A DNA stretch of 64,000 nt from Myxococcota bacterium. Its GTDB lineage: Bacteria > Myxococcota_A > UBA796 > CAJQPC01. Below are positions 32,294 to 41,938 of this stretch, in pieces (position 1 is the stretch's first letter; each line of letters starts with the position of its first letter). A model generated the notes under the pieces. That model was given only the letters and a program-made list of their open reading frames with translations. It ran no database searches and was not told the DNA's origin. The stretch covers positions 32,001-96,000 of the forward strand of contig JAZAMN010000052.1 of assembly GCA_036229005.1 (NCBI GenBank), read 5' to 3'. The translations under genes and the position numbers were made by a program.

Positions 32294-33349
32294 TCAGGCG
32301 GCCGACTGCTGCTCCACCAGGGTGATGGCCTTGTCCAGCAGGGCGATGGGGTCCGGGACCGCCTCGGGGAACTGCTTGAGCGTGTCCAGAGCGGACTGGG
32401 CGCTGAGGCCTCGGGACGCGAAGCTGGCGCCGTGGGCGGCGACGTCCGCGCAGTGCACCATGTCCGCGATCGGCGAGCCGCCGCCGTGGTGCTGGGCGAT
32501 GGCCTCCGCGGGCCCCTCCAGGCCCCAGGAGTTGGCCACCATGGCGCCGAAGCCCGCGTGGGTGCGGTCGATCAAGGTGCGCAGGATGGGCGAAGAGCTG
32601 GGCACGCGCAGCTCGCTGGCCTGGCGGCACACCAGGAGCTTGCCGGAGTCGTGGAGCAGCCCGGCCAACCAGGCGTCCCCCGCGAGCCTGGTGGGCGCGA
32701 GCCACTCGGCCAGGTCAGCCACCTGGGAGCCGTGCTTGCGCAGGTAGAGGACCTCCTCTTCGTAGCCGGAGATGCGGAACAGGGCCTCGTCCAGGGCCAC
32801 GTACATCGCGATCTTCCAGAGCTGCTGGTGGCCCAGGCGGATGATGCCGGCCTGGAGTGTGGGGGGCCGCTTCCCGCCGTGGGCGACGCTGCTGGAGACC
32901 CGCCAGATCTCCTCGGCCAGGCCCGGGTCGCTGCGTACCAGCCGGGACACCTCCGCGGAGTCCACCCGGTCGGAGTCCAGGAGCCGACGTAGCTCGATCA
33001 CCGTGTCAGGGAATGGGGGCAGCCCCAGGTCACCCAGCTCCAGGCTGGCCATCAGCGCCGCGACCAGGTCGCGCTCGCCGGGGGCGCACTCTTCGTGGAT
33101 CGAGGCCAGAGTGACCACGAGCCCCGCGCGGACGGCGTCGGTCTCCACGCTGGGGGCCGAGCGGCCCCGGACCCAGTTGGGATCTTCGGGGGTGCCCATG
33201 AAGGCGTCCAGCTCCGGGCTGGGGACGTGCGCCCTCCGGACCACCTGCAGGTCGGGCGCAGCGGCGGAGGGAGCGCTCCGCGGAGATTGGGCGGCGGAGG
33301 CGGATCCAGCGCCATTGCTGGAGCCAAAGAGATCGTTGAGCCAAGACAT
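32294..33349 (-). CDS. HDOD-domain protein
   Basis: LPPFPD, SDPGLA, IIRLG, LAGLLHDSGKL, W.L...AIAQHH; ATG at 33349. Confidence 0.88.
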   Translation of the reverse strand: MSWLNDLFGSSNGAGSASAAQSPRSAPSAAAPDLQVVRRAHVPSPELDAFMGTPEDPNWVRGRSAPSVETDAVRAGLVVTLASIHEECAPGERDLVAALMASLELGDLGLPPFPDTVIELRRLLDSDRVDSAEVSRLVRSDPGLAEEIWRVSSSVAHGGKRPPTLQAGIIRLGHQQLWKIAMYVALDEALFRISGYEEEVLYLRKHGSQVADLAEWLAPTRLAGDAWLAGLLHDSGKLLVCRQASELRVPSSSPILRTLIDRTHAGFGAMVANSWGLEGPAEAIAQHHGGGSPIADMVHCADVAAHGASFASRGLSAQSALDTLKQFPEAVPDPIALLDKAITLVEQQSAA

Positions 33350-33503
33350 CGGGGAACCTTCCAGGCGGTTGTCCCCTTGTACGGCTCTCGCCCGCTCCAG
33401 CCTGAGCAAAATGAAAGAGTTCGATCTCCGTCGGCTCCGGGCAGATCTCCCCGCGGCGATGGGGGATGATAGGAATCGAGCTGCGCGTTTGGAGGTGGCC
33501 CAC

Positions 33504-34529
33504 ATGCTGTTCTGGATCCTGAGTGCCTGCATCTTCCACAAGGCCGACCGCATGACCCTGACCCAGGTCAGCCCGGCGGTCCTGCAGACCCCCGACATCT
33601 CGATGGCCTGCACCCTGGGCGAGGCGAGCTGGGCCCTGCTCCCAGCCATCGAGGACGAGAAGCTGCGCCGCAGCGCGACCTTCTCGGGCATCTCCGCGGC
33701 CATGTGCTCGGACATCCGCACCTGGGAGCTGGAGCTGGAGCGGCGCCAGGCGCTCTACCTGGCCAGCCAGTCCGCGGAGCCGGAGATCTGGTCCACGCGG
33801 GCCAGCGACATCGCCCTGCGGGAGCAGCGCGCCCACGTCGAGGCCGCCCGGCGCCACCTGCGCATCTTCGAGTCGCTGGAGGCCGAGTACGGCCCCGTCG
33901 GAGAGGCCTGCCCCGACCTCGCTGATGAAGAGCAGCTCCTCTACCTGATGGGCTTGGCCTCGGGATCCCTGGCGGTGCTCCACGATGGCGCCGCAGACCA
34001 CGCCCTCGACGTCAACCAGGGCATCGCCCGGGCGGTGGAGCGGGGCGCGGCCTGCCTGGACTCCACGGCGCTCAATGGCGTCCCGATGGCCTTGCGCGCC
34101 TCGGTCTGGACCGCGGTCCCGGGCGCTGGTCCCCAGGACGCCGACCCCTGGACCGAGCTGGAGACCGCCGCGCTGCAGGGCGACTCCCAGGGCGTGTGGC
34201 TGGCCCGGGCGCTGCAGGCCCAGGCCGCCAACGCCGCCGGGAACGAGGACGCGCTCAACGCCGCGTTCGCCGGGCACCTGACCGCCATGGAGGCCGGCGG
34301 GGACCCCGCCTACGGCCTGCTCAACGACTACGCCCACCGCATGATCCGCCACGAGTCCGACCGCATCTGGATGGACGCCGCCGGCACCCGCACCCCCAGC
34401 GGTCGCCTGGGGGAGCGCCCCGGCGCCGAGCTGGACGTGGACTTTGACCTGGACGCCTTCTTTGGCGAGGATGCGGCCCCTGAGTCCGCGCCCGCCGAGG
34501 ACCCCACCCCCTCTGAGGAGACCGAATGA
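33504..34529 (+). CDS. Helical lipoprotein, possibly TatT-like partner of the downstream binding protein
   Basis: MLFWILSAC after GGAGGT; DISMACTLGE; ATGA-coupled to the next gene. Confidence 0.6.
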   Translation: MLFWILSACIFHKADRMTLTQVSPAVLQTPDISMACTLGEASWALLPAIEDEKLRRSATFSGISAAMCSDIRTWELELERRQALYLASQSAEPEIWSTRASDIALREQRAHVEAARRHLRIFESLEAEYGPVGEACPDLADEEQLLYLMGLASGSLAVLHDGAADHALDVNQGIARAVERGAACLDSTALNGVPMALRASVWTAVPGAGPQDADPWTELETAALQGDSQGVWLARALQAQAANAAGNEDALNAAFAGHLTAMEAGGDPAYGLLNDYAHRMIRHESDRIWMDAAGTRTPSGRLGERPGAELDVDFDLDAFFGEDAAPESAPAEDPTPSEETE

Positions 34530-35509
34530 ACCGTCGCACCCTGCTCCGCACCGCCGCCGGTGCCCTCCTGTTGGCCGCTGGCCTGAGCGTCGCCGCCCCC
34601 GCGGTCCAGGCCCAGGACGGCAAGACCCTGTGCGTCTACGACCCCAGCGGCAAGAACGGCGACGCCTACAAGCAGGCCACCCGCTACCAGACCTTCGCGG
34701 CCGGCAAGGGCGTGAAGTTCAACCTCAAGCCCTACACCGACGAGGCCATCGCCGCGCAGGACTTCGCCAACGGCCAGTGCGACGCCGCGCTGCTCACCGG
34801 CGTGCGCGCCCAGAAGTTCTCCAAGGCCAGCTACTCGGTCGAGGCCCTGGGCCTGCTCCAGTCCTACGACGACCTGGGCAACGCCATCAAGGTGCTGGCC
34901 AAGGAGCGCGCCGCCAACCTGATGGTCTCCGGTGACTACGAGGTCGCGGGCATCTTCCCCGCCGGCGCCGTGTACCTGTACGTGCGCGACAAGGGCGTCA
35001 CCGACGTGCGCGCCCTGGCCGGCAAGAAGGTCGCCACCATCTCCTTCGACGACGCCGCCATGCACATGGTGCGCACCGCCGGCGCCACCCCCGTGCCCGC
35101 GGACATCGGCACCTTCGCCAGCCTCTTCAACGAGGGCGGCGTGGACGTCTGCTACGCGCCGGCCACCGCCTACAACCCCCTGGAGCTGCACCGCGGCATC
35201 GGCAGCACCGGCGGCGTAATCCGCTACCCGGTGACCCAGTTGACCCTGCAGATCCTGGTCCGCAAGGACGCCTTCCCCGAAGGCTTCGGCCAGCAGTCCC
35301 GCGAGTGGGGCGCCGCCCAGTACGGCTCCATGCTCTCGGTGGTCAAGAAGGGCGAGGCCAGCGTGAAGGCCGAGCACTGGATCGACCTGCCCCAGGAGGA
35401 CCACCAGCGCTACCGCGACCTGCTGGGCAAGGTGCGCGGCGAGCTCACCGCCAAGGGCCAGTACGACCCCACCGTGGTCGCTCTGCTGGAGCAGATGACC
35501 GGCCAGTAG
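34526..35509 (+). CDS. Solute-binding protein, AdeT/DUF6091 (TRAP DctP-like), Tat signal
   Basis: MNRRTLL twin-Arg; LCVYDP, YTDEAIAAQDF, GQCDA, LAGKKVA, AYNPLELHRG. Confidence 0.75.
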   Translation: MNRRTLLRTAAGALLLAAGLSVAAPAVQAQDGKTLCVYDPSGKNGDAYKQATRYQTFAAGKGVKFNLKPYTDEAIAAQDFANGQCDAALLTGVRAQKFSKASYSVEALGLLQSYDDLGNAIKVLAKERAANLMVSGDYEVAGIFPAGAVYLYVRDKGVTDVRALAGKKVATISFDDAAMHMVRTAGATPVPADIGTFASLFNEGGVDVCYAPATAYNPLELHRGIGSTGGVIRYPVTQLTLQILVRKDAFPEGFGQQSREWGAAQYGSMLSVVKKGEASVKAEHWIDLPQEDHQRYRDLLGKVRGELTAKGQYDPTVVALLEQMTGQ

Positions 35510-35537
35510 GGCCCGTCCGCGCTGCAATTGCTTCTGT

Positions 35538-35568
35538 TCCCCCGGATCCGATCCGATCGGCCGGGGGA
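35538..35568. terminator. GC-rich stem-loop after the binding-protein gene
   Basis: TCCCCCGG/CCGGGGGA outer stem with inner CCGAT/ATCGG; no U-tract. Confidence 0.35.
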
Positions 35569-35581
35569 GCCAGGAGGTTCC

Positions 35582-36142
35582 ATGGCCAGCGCAGCGAAGG
35601 GGCTGCCTCACGCAGCCCATCATGACGAGGCGGATCGAGCCGAGTTCAGCGAGCCCGAGGTCGGGTACGTCGAGCCCTTGATCCCCCGCCGTAGGCCAGG
35701 GCTGGCCTGGCGCCCCTCGGACCGACGCGGGGGCAGACCCAACGCGATGGAGCTCACAAGGCACCACCAGCCTGTACCTGAAGAGCAGCCTCAAGAGCTC
35801 CCGGCCCCCACCGAGCCGCTCCCCCTCGACGCACACAGGCGCGCACTCCAGCAGGGCCCCGAGGACAGCTTCCAGGCGGAGTTCATGCAGCTCGTCCCGC
35901 AGGCCTGTCTTGAGGACCCTGAGCGCGCCGCGCACGTCCTGGCAGGCCTCCACGCCCTCTACCTGTCCGAGACCGGGCGGTGGACGGAGAGCGAGCGCCA
36001 CGCGCTGTTGGACCGCAGCCTGGGTGAGCTGCTCCTGGGCATGCCCGCTCTGCCCTTCCCCGACCTCCACCGGCTGTGGTGGGCGGGGCTACAGCGGGTG
36101 CGGAGCTGCCTCAAGCGGCGGGAGTGGATTCAGCGCCAGTAG
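35582..36142 (+). CDS. Hypothetical protein
   Basis: ATG at 35582 after AGGAGGT; fills the gap between neighbours; no motif recognised. Confidence 0.5.
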   Translation: MASAAKGLPHAAHHDEADRAEFSEPEVGYVEPLIPRRRPGLAWRPSDRRGGRPNAMELTRHHQPVPEEQPQELPAPTEPLPLDAHRRALQQGPEDSFQAEFMQLVPQACLEDPERAAHVLAGLHALYLSETGRWTESERHALLDRSLGELLLGMPALPFPDLHRLWWAGLQRVRSCLKRREWIQRQ

Positions 36143-36894
36143 GCCTGACGCTGCGCCAGGAGCCAGGCCTCCAGGGCAGGCTCATCGGGGGCGTGGGTCG
36201 GCAGCGGACTGTCCTCGACTGCGGAGACCAGCTCCTGCTCGAGCCTGGGCCAGTCGGCCATCGCGGCGGTGTGGAGGGCATCCGGTAGCAGGACCTTCTC
36301 CCCTCCCCCCTCCTTGAAGGCGACCAGCTCGGGGACCAGGCTGTACCCGGCCTCAACAGCCAGCGGGCGCACGTCGGTCACCAGCTCGCCTGTGCGGAGG
36401 AGGTGGAGGCCGGTGAGCGCCACGCGGTAGGCGTAGAGGGCGGACTTGGCGCGCGGACGCAGCAGGTGCTCGCGCTGGCAGCCCTTGAAGAAGCCCCGGT
36501 AGTGCCGCAAGAAGCCCCGGTGCTGGTTGGCTTGGGCCAGCGCCTGCAGCTCGGAGACCTGCGGCGAGTCCACCAGCTGGATGGGCGAGAGCACCCGCTC
36601 CAGCATGTTGCCGTTGCCCTTGACCAGCAGCTGCAGGCCGACCCCGAGCTCCTGGGTAGTGAGGTCGCACTCCACGCCCTCGAAGTCCATGAGGCGGTCG
36701 TGGGCAGGCGCGTGGGGGCGGAGGCCGACCAGGCGCTCGGTGGGGAGCTGGTGCAGCCCCTTGAGGTCAATATCGGAATCCAGGGAGGGAAATCCGTAGA
36801 TGTGGGAGCCGGTCACCGCGCACAGCAGCAGCCGCCCGGGGGGCCCGTGGGCCTCCAGGAAACGCAGGGCCAGGGCCTTGTCCAGGGTCAGCAT
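36130..36894 (-). CDS. Pol-beta superfamily nucleotidyltransferase (PF10127/RlaP-like)
   Basis: GSHIYGFPSLDSDIDLKG (GS...DxD), GNGNMLERVLSP, LYAYRVALTG. Confidence 0.9.
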   Translation of the reverse strand: MLTLDKALALRFLEAHGPPGRLLLCAVTGSHIYGFPSLDSDIDLKGLHQLPTERLVGLRPHAPAHDRLMDFEGVECDLTTQELGVGLQLLVKGNGNMLERVLSPIQLVDSPQVSELQALAQANQHRGFLRHYRGFFKGCQREHLLRPRAKSALYAYRVALTGLHLLRTGELVTDVRPLAVEAGYSLVPELVAFKEGGGEKVLLPDALHTAAMADWPRLEQELVSAVEDSPLPTHAPDEPALEAWLLAQRQAYWR

Positions 36895-36897
36895 CGT

Positions 36898-38022
36898 CTA
36901 CTCCAGTCGCCCCGAGTCCAGGGCAGCGCGGGTCAGCCCCACGCACAGGTCTTCCACCTTCTGCCGGTCGGGCTTGGGGGGCACGACCGCCTCGATTCCG
37001 TTCAGCTCCTGCCGGGCCTGGTCCGCCCACTCCAGCAGGCGCTCGTAGCTCCAGGCGCCGCCGCGGATGGCCAGCAGCTCGTCGGCGTCCCGGTCCCCGC
37101 GCCAGACATGCAGGGTGCCCTCGCGCAGGATCTCCTGCCCCATGCGCATCAGGCGGACCAGGTGGGCGCCGTGCTTGGTGTCGTAGCCGAATCGGGCCTC
37201 CAGCTCGGCGCGCTGGGGGTTCCGGTTCCGCTTCCAGGCCTGGTAGCGCTTCCACTCGCCCCGGGCGCTGCGCCAGCGCCGCTCCAGCTTCATCAGCTCC
37301 ATCAGGTGGGTGTCCACGCCGATCCAGCGACCCGCCGCCTCCCAGCGGGCCTCCTCCGACGCGAGCTTCCACTGCGCCAGGGTCTGCTCCAGCTGGGTCT
37401 GGAGGGAGAGGCGCGTGGCTGGCTCCAGGTCGGTCAGGTCCACCTCCCAGGACTCCAGCTGCTTCCGCACCTCGCTCTCCGCCGCCCGCAGCGCATCCGA
37501 GGACACCCGTTCCCGCTCCGGCAAGCCGAACTCCGCCCGGGTAGGCGCCCGCTCCGGACCCTGGTGGTGCCAGCGGTGGTGGAGCTGGATCCGCGAGAGC
37601 TGACGCGCCGCGTAGCCGCCGAAGGTCTGCCGGCAGCGCTCCGACAGGAAGAGGGTCGCCGACTCACGCAGGCGCGCCCCCAGCTCCGTCTGCACCAGCA
37701 GCTCGGACTCCCGGGTGAACAGCAGCTCCAGCACCGAGGGGTTCCCCGACTCGGCCAGGCGCAGCAGCTTGTCCAGCGCGTAGACCGTGCCCTCCAGCTT
37801 GGTGTCCTGGGAGGCAGCGGCGAGCTGGCGCGGGAGCACGCCCCGATACACCGCCAGGGCCTCCGGGTCGTTCTCCTGCTCGAAGCGCTCGTGTACGCCC
37901 AGCAGCGCTCGGGCCGTCGGCAGCGCCACTCCCAGCAGGTCCACGTCGGACTCCGGGCTGTGGGTCCCGTGGGCGCGGGACCCAGCCAGGGCCAGGAGCA
38001 GGGTACGGTCGTGCAGGGTCAT
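36898..38022 (-). CDS. Pol-beta superfamily nucleotidyltransferase (PF10127/RlaP-like), long form
   Basis: GSRAHGTHSPESDVDLLGV, NPSVLELL, FGGYA, RNPQR, GYDTKHGAHLVRL, LLAIRGG. Confidence 0.9.
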   Translation of the reverse strand: MTLHDRTLLLALAGSRAHGTHSPESDVDLLGVALPTARALLGVHERFEQENDPEALAVYRGVLPRQLAAASQDTKLEGTVYALDKLLRLAESGNPSVLELLFTRESELLVQTELGARLRESATLFLSERCRQTFGGYAARQLSRIQLHHRWHHQGPERAPTRAEFGLPERERVSSDALRAAESEVRKQLESWEVDLTDLEPATRLSLQTQLEQTLAQWKLASEEARWEAAGRWIGVDTHLMELMKLERRWRSARGEWKRYQAWKRNRNPQRAELEARFGYDTKHGAHLVRLMRMGQEILREGTLHVWRGDRDADELLAIRGGAWSYERLLEWADQARQELNGIEAVVPPKPDRQKVEDLCVGLTRAALDSGRLE

Positions 38023-38076
38023 GGGGGGTTCCGGTCGAGCCGGCAAGGCTATCCACGCTCGCCAGCGCGCCAAGGC

Positions 38077-38556
38077 TCAGCCCTGAACCTGCCCCTCCAC
38101 CCACTCCTTGAGCGCCTCCGCGTGCGCCTCGAACCCGGCCTGCACCTGCGCCAGGGGCAGCGCGCTGGTGAGCAGCCCCCGGAAGACCTCGACCGAGCTG
38201 TAGCGGCAGCCCCCATCCTCCAGCACCTGCACCCGCTGCACCCGCTTGGCCCGCACCAGCCCCAGCGCGTGCATGGGCCCCGTGAAGCGGTAGCTCAGCT
38301 CCCCACCCTGGGTCTCCGTGGGGGGAGAGAAGGCCGTGATGCGCTCGCCGCTGCGCTGGGATCCCTCCCCACCCACCCACTCCACGTGCAGCACCAAGGG
38401 GTCCCCGATCTCTGGCGCCGGCGAGGACAGGCGATCCGTCTCCACATGGACGATGAAGGGGTTCCACTCCCCGTAGCGCTCGAAGTCCACCATGGCGGCC
38501 CACACCACCTGCGCGGGGGCCTCGATGTCGATCTGGACCTGCGCCGAAACCGGCAT
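38077..38556 (-). CDS. SRPBCC/START-family protein
   Basis: IDIEAPAQVVWAAMVDFERYGEWNPF; C-terminal helix GFEAHAEALK. Confidence 0.88.
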   Translation of the reverse strand: MPVSAQVQIDIEAPAQVVWAAMVDFERYGEWNPFIVHVETDRLSSPAPEIGDPLVLHVEWVGGEGSQRSGERITAFSPPTETQGGELSYRFTGPMHALGLVRAKRVQRVQVLEDGGCRYSSVEVFRGLLTSALPLAQVQAGFEAHAEALKEWVEGQVQG

Positions 38557-38570
38557 TCAACCTCCCGTAC

Positions 38571-39056
38571 TCAGGGCGTACCCGGCTTGCGCCGGCCCCC
38601 CTTCATCGCCACCCAGCCCATCCCCACGAAGCTCCCCAGGATGCACCAGGCCAGCCCCGGGCTGGTGAGCTTGACGCTGGACACCGCGATCATCGGCGTC
38701 AGGGCCCCGGTCTCGGGCAGCAACGCCCGCACCCGCGCGAAGGCCAGCGCCAGCCCCACCCCAAAGAGCACAAAGGGCAGGCCCAGCAGCACCGCCGCCC
38801 GCAGGGGATCCGCCGGCCGGTTCCCCACCACGTGCGCAGCCGCAAGCAGCACACCCCCCAGCAGCCCTGGCGCCAGCGCGGCGGCCGAGTGCCGCAGCTT
38901 GAAGGCCACCAGCTCCCCGGGCGCGTTGACCACCACCCGCTGGCCCTCCAGCAGCGCTGTGAGCAAGGGCTCCCAGACGAACCAGGAGCCCACCGCACAC
39001 AGCAGCGCCAGGCCCCCTCCCAAGCCCAGCTCCATCAGCAGGCGGCGCTTGTTCAA
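38571..39056 (-). CDS. Small membrane protein
   Basis: About four hydrophobic segments; TTGA overlap with the DUF1501 stop. Confidence 0.65.
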   Translation of the reverse strand: MNKRRLLMELGLGGGLALLCAVGSWFVWEPLLTALLEGQRVVVNAPGELVAFKLRHSAAALAPGLLGGVLLAAAHVVGNRPADPLRAAVLLGLPFVLFGVGLALAFARVRALLPETGALTPMIAVSSVKLTSPGLAWCILGSFVGMGWVAMKGGRRKPGTP

Positions 39057-40312
39057 CCCAGCAGCCCCTCCACCACCTGCACGCCCGGGTGCACCTCGCC
39101 GGGGTCGATGTCCAGCATGGCCAGCAGGGTGGCGCTGAGGTTGGCGGCCTGGATCTCCTGACCGGAGACCTTGTCGATCTCGCCGCTGCCGAAGTCGATC
39201 AGCTTGCCCATGCCGTAGCTGTCCAGGCCCCCCACCGAGCGGCCCTGGGCGATGCCCGGCCCCACGAGCAGCAGGCTGGTGAAGGGCCAGTGGTCCTTGC
39301 CCTGGGCCTCGTTGAGCTGGGGGGTGCGGCCCATCTCGGACATCACCACCACCAGGGTCTCCTGGGCCAGGGTCTGCTCGACCTCGCCGGGGACGCTGCC
39401 CAGGCGGTCCATGAGCTCGGAGAGCCCGGAGAACAGCGCCTGGAAGTTCTCGGACTGGATGCGGTCGTTGTCCGAGTGGCTGTCCCAGCCGCTGCTGGCG
39501 CCGGTGAAGCTCAGGGTCACGCAGCGCGAGATGCCCAGCGACAGCGCGTCCACCGCCATGCGGGACTGGCTGGACAGGTCTCCGCCGGCTCCCCAGTCCA
39601 TGACGTGCAGCAGGTCCTCCAGGGCCGAAGAGCGGTCCAGCGCGGCCCCGTAGGCGGCCATCAGCTCCTGCTGGCGACCAGGCGCCGCGGCCAGCTCAGC
39701 GGCCGCCGCCCGGGAGCGCAGGTAGCGGTCCATCACCGCCTCGGCCTGGCTGTGGGGCGGCTGCGCGGGCATCTCCCCCCAGGTCACGATGTCCCCGGAC
39801 AGCAGGCCCTCGAGCTGGCCCGAGCTGCCGGCGCGGGTCACCGCGGCCCCCATCTGACCGGGGAAGCTGGGCCCGCCAACCACCAGGTGCGGCAGAGGGT
39901 AGTCGGCCAGCGCGTGCCCAGCGGCCACCGCGGCGAAGTCCGGCGCCCCGTCCGCCGAGCTGCCGGTCAGCGACAGACGCAGGCAGTTCTCGTGGGCCAC
40001 CGACGGCATCAGCACGCCGTTGACGATCAGCGCCCGCTGGGCGTGGCGCTCCATGAAGCTGCTCACCCCCGGGCGGTCGGGGTGCTCCACGAAGCTCAGG
40101 TCACCGATGACCGCCTCGCCCGCCTGCCGCTCCATGTCCACGGCCCGGTTGTCGAACTCCGCCGACAGCACCCGCGTGGGGTCCCAGCCGCCGTAGTTGT
40201 AGACCAGCACCAGCTTGCGGTGGCCGCTGGCCGCCCGCGCGATGCCCGGCAGCAAGCCCGCCGTCAGCCCCATGGCCCCCAGGCCCCCAGCCAGCGCTCG
40301 TCGTGTCCACAT
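39053..40312 (-). CDS. DUF1501-family protein with Tat signal
   Basis: TRRAL twin-Arg, GGWD, GWDSH, SEMGRTP, GKDHW. Confidence 0.88.
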   Translation of the reverse strand: MWTRRALAGGLGAMGLTAGLLPGIARAASGHRKLVLVYNYGGWDPTRVLSAEFDNRAVDMERQAGEAVIGDLSFVEHPDRPGVSSFMERHAQRALIVNGVLMPSVAHENCLRLSLTGSSADGAPDFAAVAAGHALADYPLPHLVVGGPSFPGQMGAAVTRAGSSGQLEGLLSGDIVTWGEMPAQPPHSQAEAVMDRYLRSRAAAAELAAAPGRQQELMAAYGAALDRSSALEDLLHVMDWGAGGDLSSQSRMAVDALSLGISRCVTLSFTGASSGWDSHSDNDRIQSENFQALFSGLSELMDRLGSVPGEVEQTLAQETLVVVMSEMGRTPQLNEAQGKDHWPFTSLLLVGPGIAQGRSVGGLDSYGMGKLIDFGSGEIDKVSGQEIQAANLSATLLAMLDIDPGEVHPGVQVVEGLLG

Positions 40313-40321
40313 GCCGGCCTC

Positions 40322-41938
40322 CTAGTAGGTCACAAAGTCAGGGTCGCGGAGCAGCACCGAGAGCAGGCCCGCCCAGGCCGCCTCCGGGCTGCCCTCGATG
40401 GCGTACAGGGCCTCCCAGAGCTCCAGGTTGGCCTGGACCTCCGGGCCGTCGGCCTGAACCGGGTGCGCGAAGAGCCGCAGGTGCAGGTGCTGGATCTGCG
40501 CCACCATCGCCTCGCGCCCGGTCTCCGGGGTCTCCCCCAGGGTCACGTGCACAAAGAGCTCGGGCGCCTGGGCCCCGCTGTCCCGCTGCACCGCGTTCCA
40601 GGCGGCCGCCTGCGCCAGCCGCTCCTGCACCAGCACCATGGTCGTGGTGGGCTCGGTCGCCGGCGAGGTCACGAAGTTCCCATCCACGCCCCCCGCCAGG
40701 GTGCGCAGGCCGCGGGTGTCCGTCCGCATCATGTCGTAGCCGTCGTCCACAAAGCGGAAGCCCGTGATGTCCTCGATCGCGCTGGCGAGCTGGTCCGTCC
40801 CCAGCAGCCGCGGCCCCACATCGCCCTGGGGCGCCGCCCGGTAGGCGTCCGACTCCACCACCGCCTGGAACAGCGGCCGCAGGGTGAGCCCACTGCCCAG
40901 GAAAACCTCCCGCAGATCGGAGAGCGCCTGGGTGTCCTGCAGCTCCGGCTCGCGCTGCACGAGCCCGGTGAACACCTGCTCCACCCCGCAGCTCACAAAG
41001 CGCGGGTCCGCCGCCAGCATCTGCCCCAGCTCCTCCAGGCCTCCGCTGCCGGGCTCGCCGTAGTAGCCCGGCGCGACCTTCGTCTCGGTGGTCCAGAGCC
41101 GCTCGCGCTCGGCGTGGTAGACGCTGATGTCCGTCGCCGAGTTGTAGTCCCGGAAGTAGAAGCCCCACAGGTAGCTGGCCAGGGGGTCCAGGCTGTGGTG
41201 GCAGGCCACGCAGCCCGGGTTGTTGGCCAGCGCGTCGTTGACCGCGTCCGCGTCCAGCAGGTTCACGTTGCGCTCGAACTCGATGGGCTTGGACAGGTAG
41301 TCCGTGCACAGCAGCGTCTTGGACACCGCGTTGGCCCGACCGCGGTTCGCGTTGGACGCGTTCGACATGTAGCGCCACCAGAAGCTGTTGGTGCCCAGGA
41401 TCCCCGCCGCCGGCCGCCCGTCCGTGTACTGCGCCACCTGGAAGCCCTCGCCCTCCTGGCGCTCCAGGTCCCAGATCTCAGCCATCAACGGCGTGGCCAT
41501 CGTCCAGTCTCCGCGCACGATCTCCGTGTAGGGCAGGTCCTCGGTGGCCACCCGCGAGAGGATCCACAGGGTCTCCTCGCCTACGTCTGCGGCAAGCTGC
41601 GGCTGCAGCGCAGCGTCCAGCCCATAGTCGCTCGTGTCCACCGTCCAGCCGTCCTGCCGGGTGAGCAGCGCCTGGGCGTAGATCGAGCGCACCCGCTCCC
41701 CAAAGCGGGGGTCCTGGAGCATCTCCTGCACCAAGGGCTCCAGGGCGTCCGGATCCGCCTGCACCCGCATGACCTCGTCGACGGAAGGTCTGGTACCGCG
41801 CAAGTCCAGGGAGATGCGGGAGAGGAGGGCCAGGGTGTCCAGAGGCTGCAGGTCCACCTCTTCAACCCCCGCAGCCCCCGACACCGGCTCAGACTCCGGC
41901 CCGCAGGCGAGGACAACAGCGAGCAGACTCAACGCCAT
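40322..41938 (-). CDS. DUF1592/DUF1588-type lipoprotein with one heme c motif
   Basis: RISLDLRGTRPS, AAGILGT, NRGRAN, CVACH followed by LDPL; upstream of DUF1501. Confidence 0.75.
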   Translation of the reverse strand: MALSLLAVVLACGPESEPVSGAAGVEEVDLQPLDTLALLSRISLDLRGTRPSVDEVMRVQADPDALEPLVQEMLQDPRFGERVRSIYAQALLTRQDGWTVDTSDYGLDAALQPQLAADVGEETLWILSRVATEDLPYTEIVRGDWTMATPLMAEIWDLERQEGEGFQVAQYTDGRPAAGILGTNSFWWRYMSNASNANRGRANAVSKTLLCTDYLSKPIEFERNVNLLDADAVNDALANNPGCVACHHSLDPLASYLWGFYFRDYNSATDISVYHAERERLWTTETKVAPGYYGEPGSGGLEELGQMLAADPRFVSCGVEQVFTGLVQREPELQDTQALSDLREVFLGSGLTLRPLFQAVVESDAYRAAPQGDVGPRLLGTDQLASAIEDITGFRFVDDGYDMMRTDTRGLRTLAGGVDGNFVTSPATEPTTTMVLVQERLAQAAAWNAVQRDSGAQAPELFVHVTLGETPETGREAMVAQIQHLHLRLFAHPVQADGPEVQANLELWEALYAIEGSPEAAWAGLLSVLLRDPDFVTY

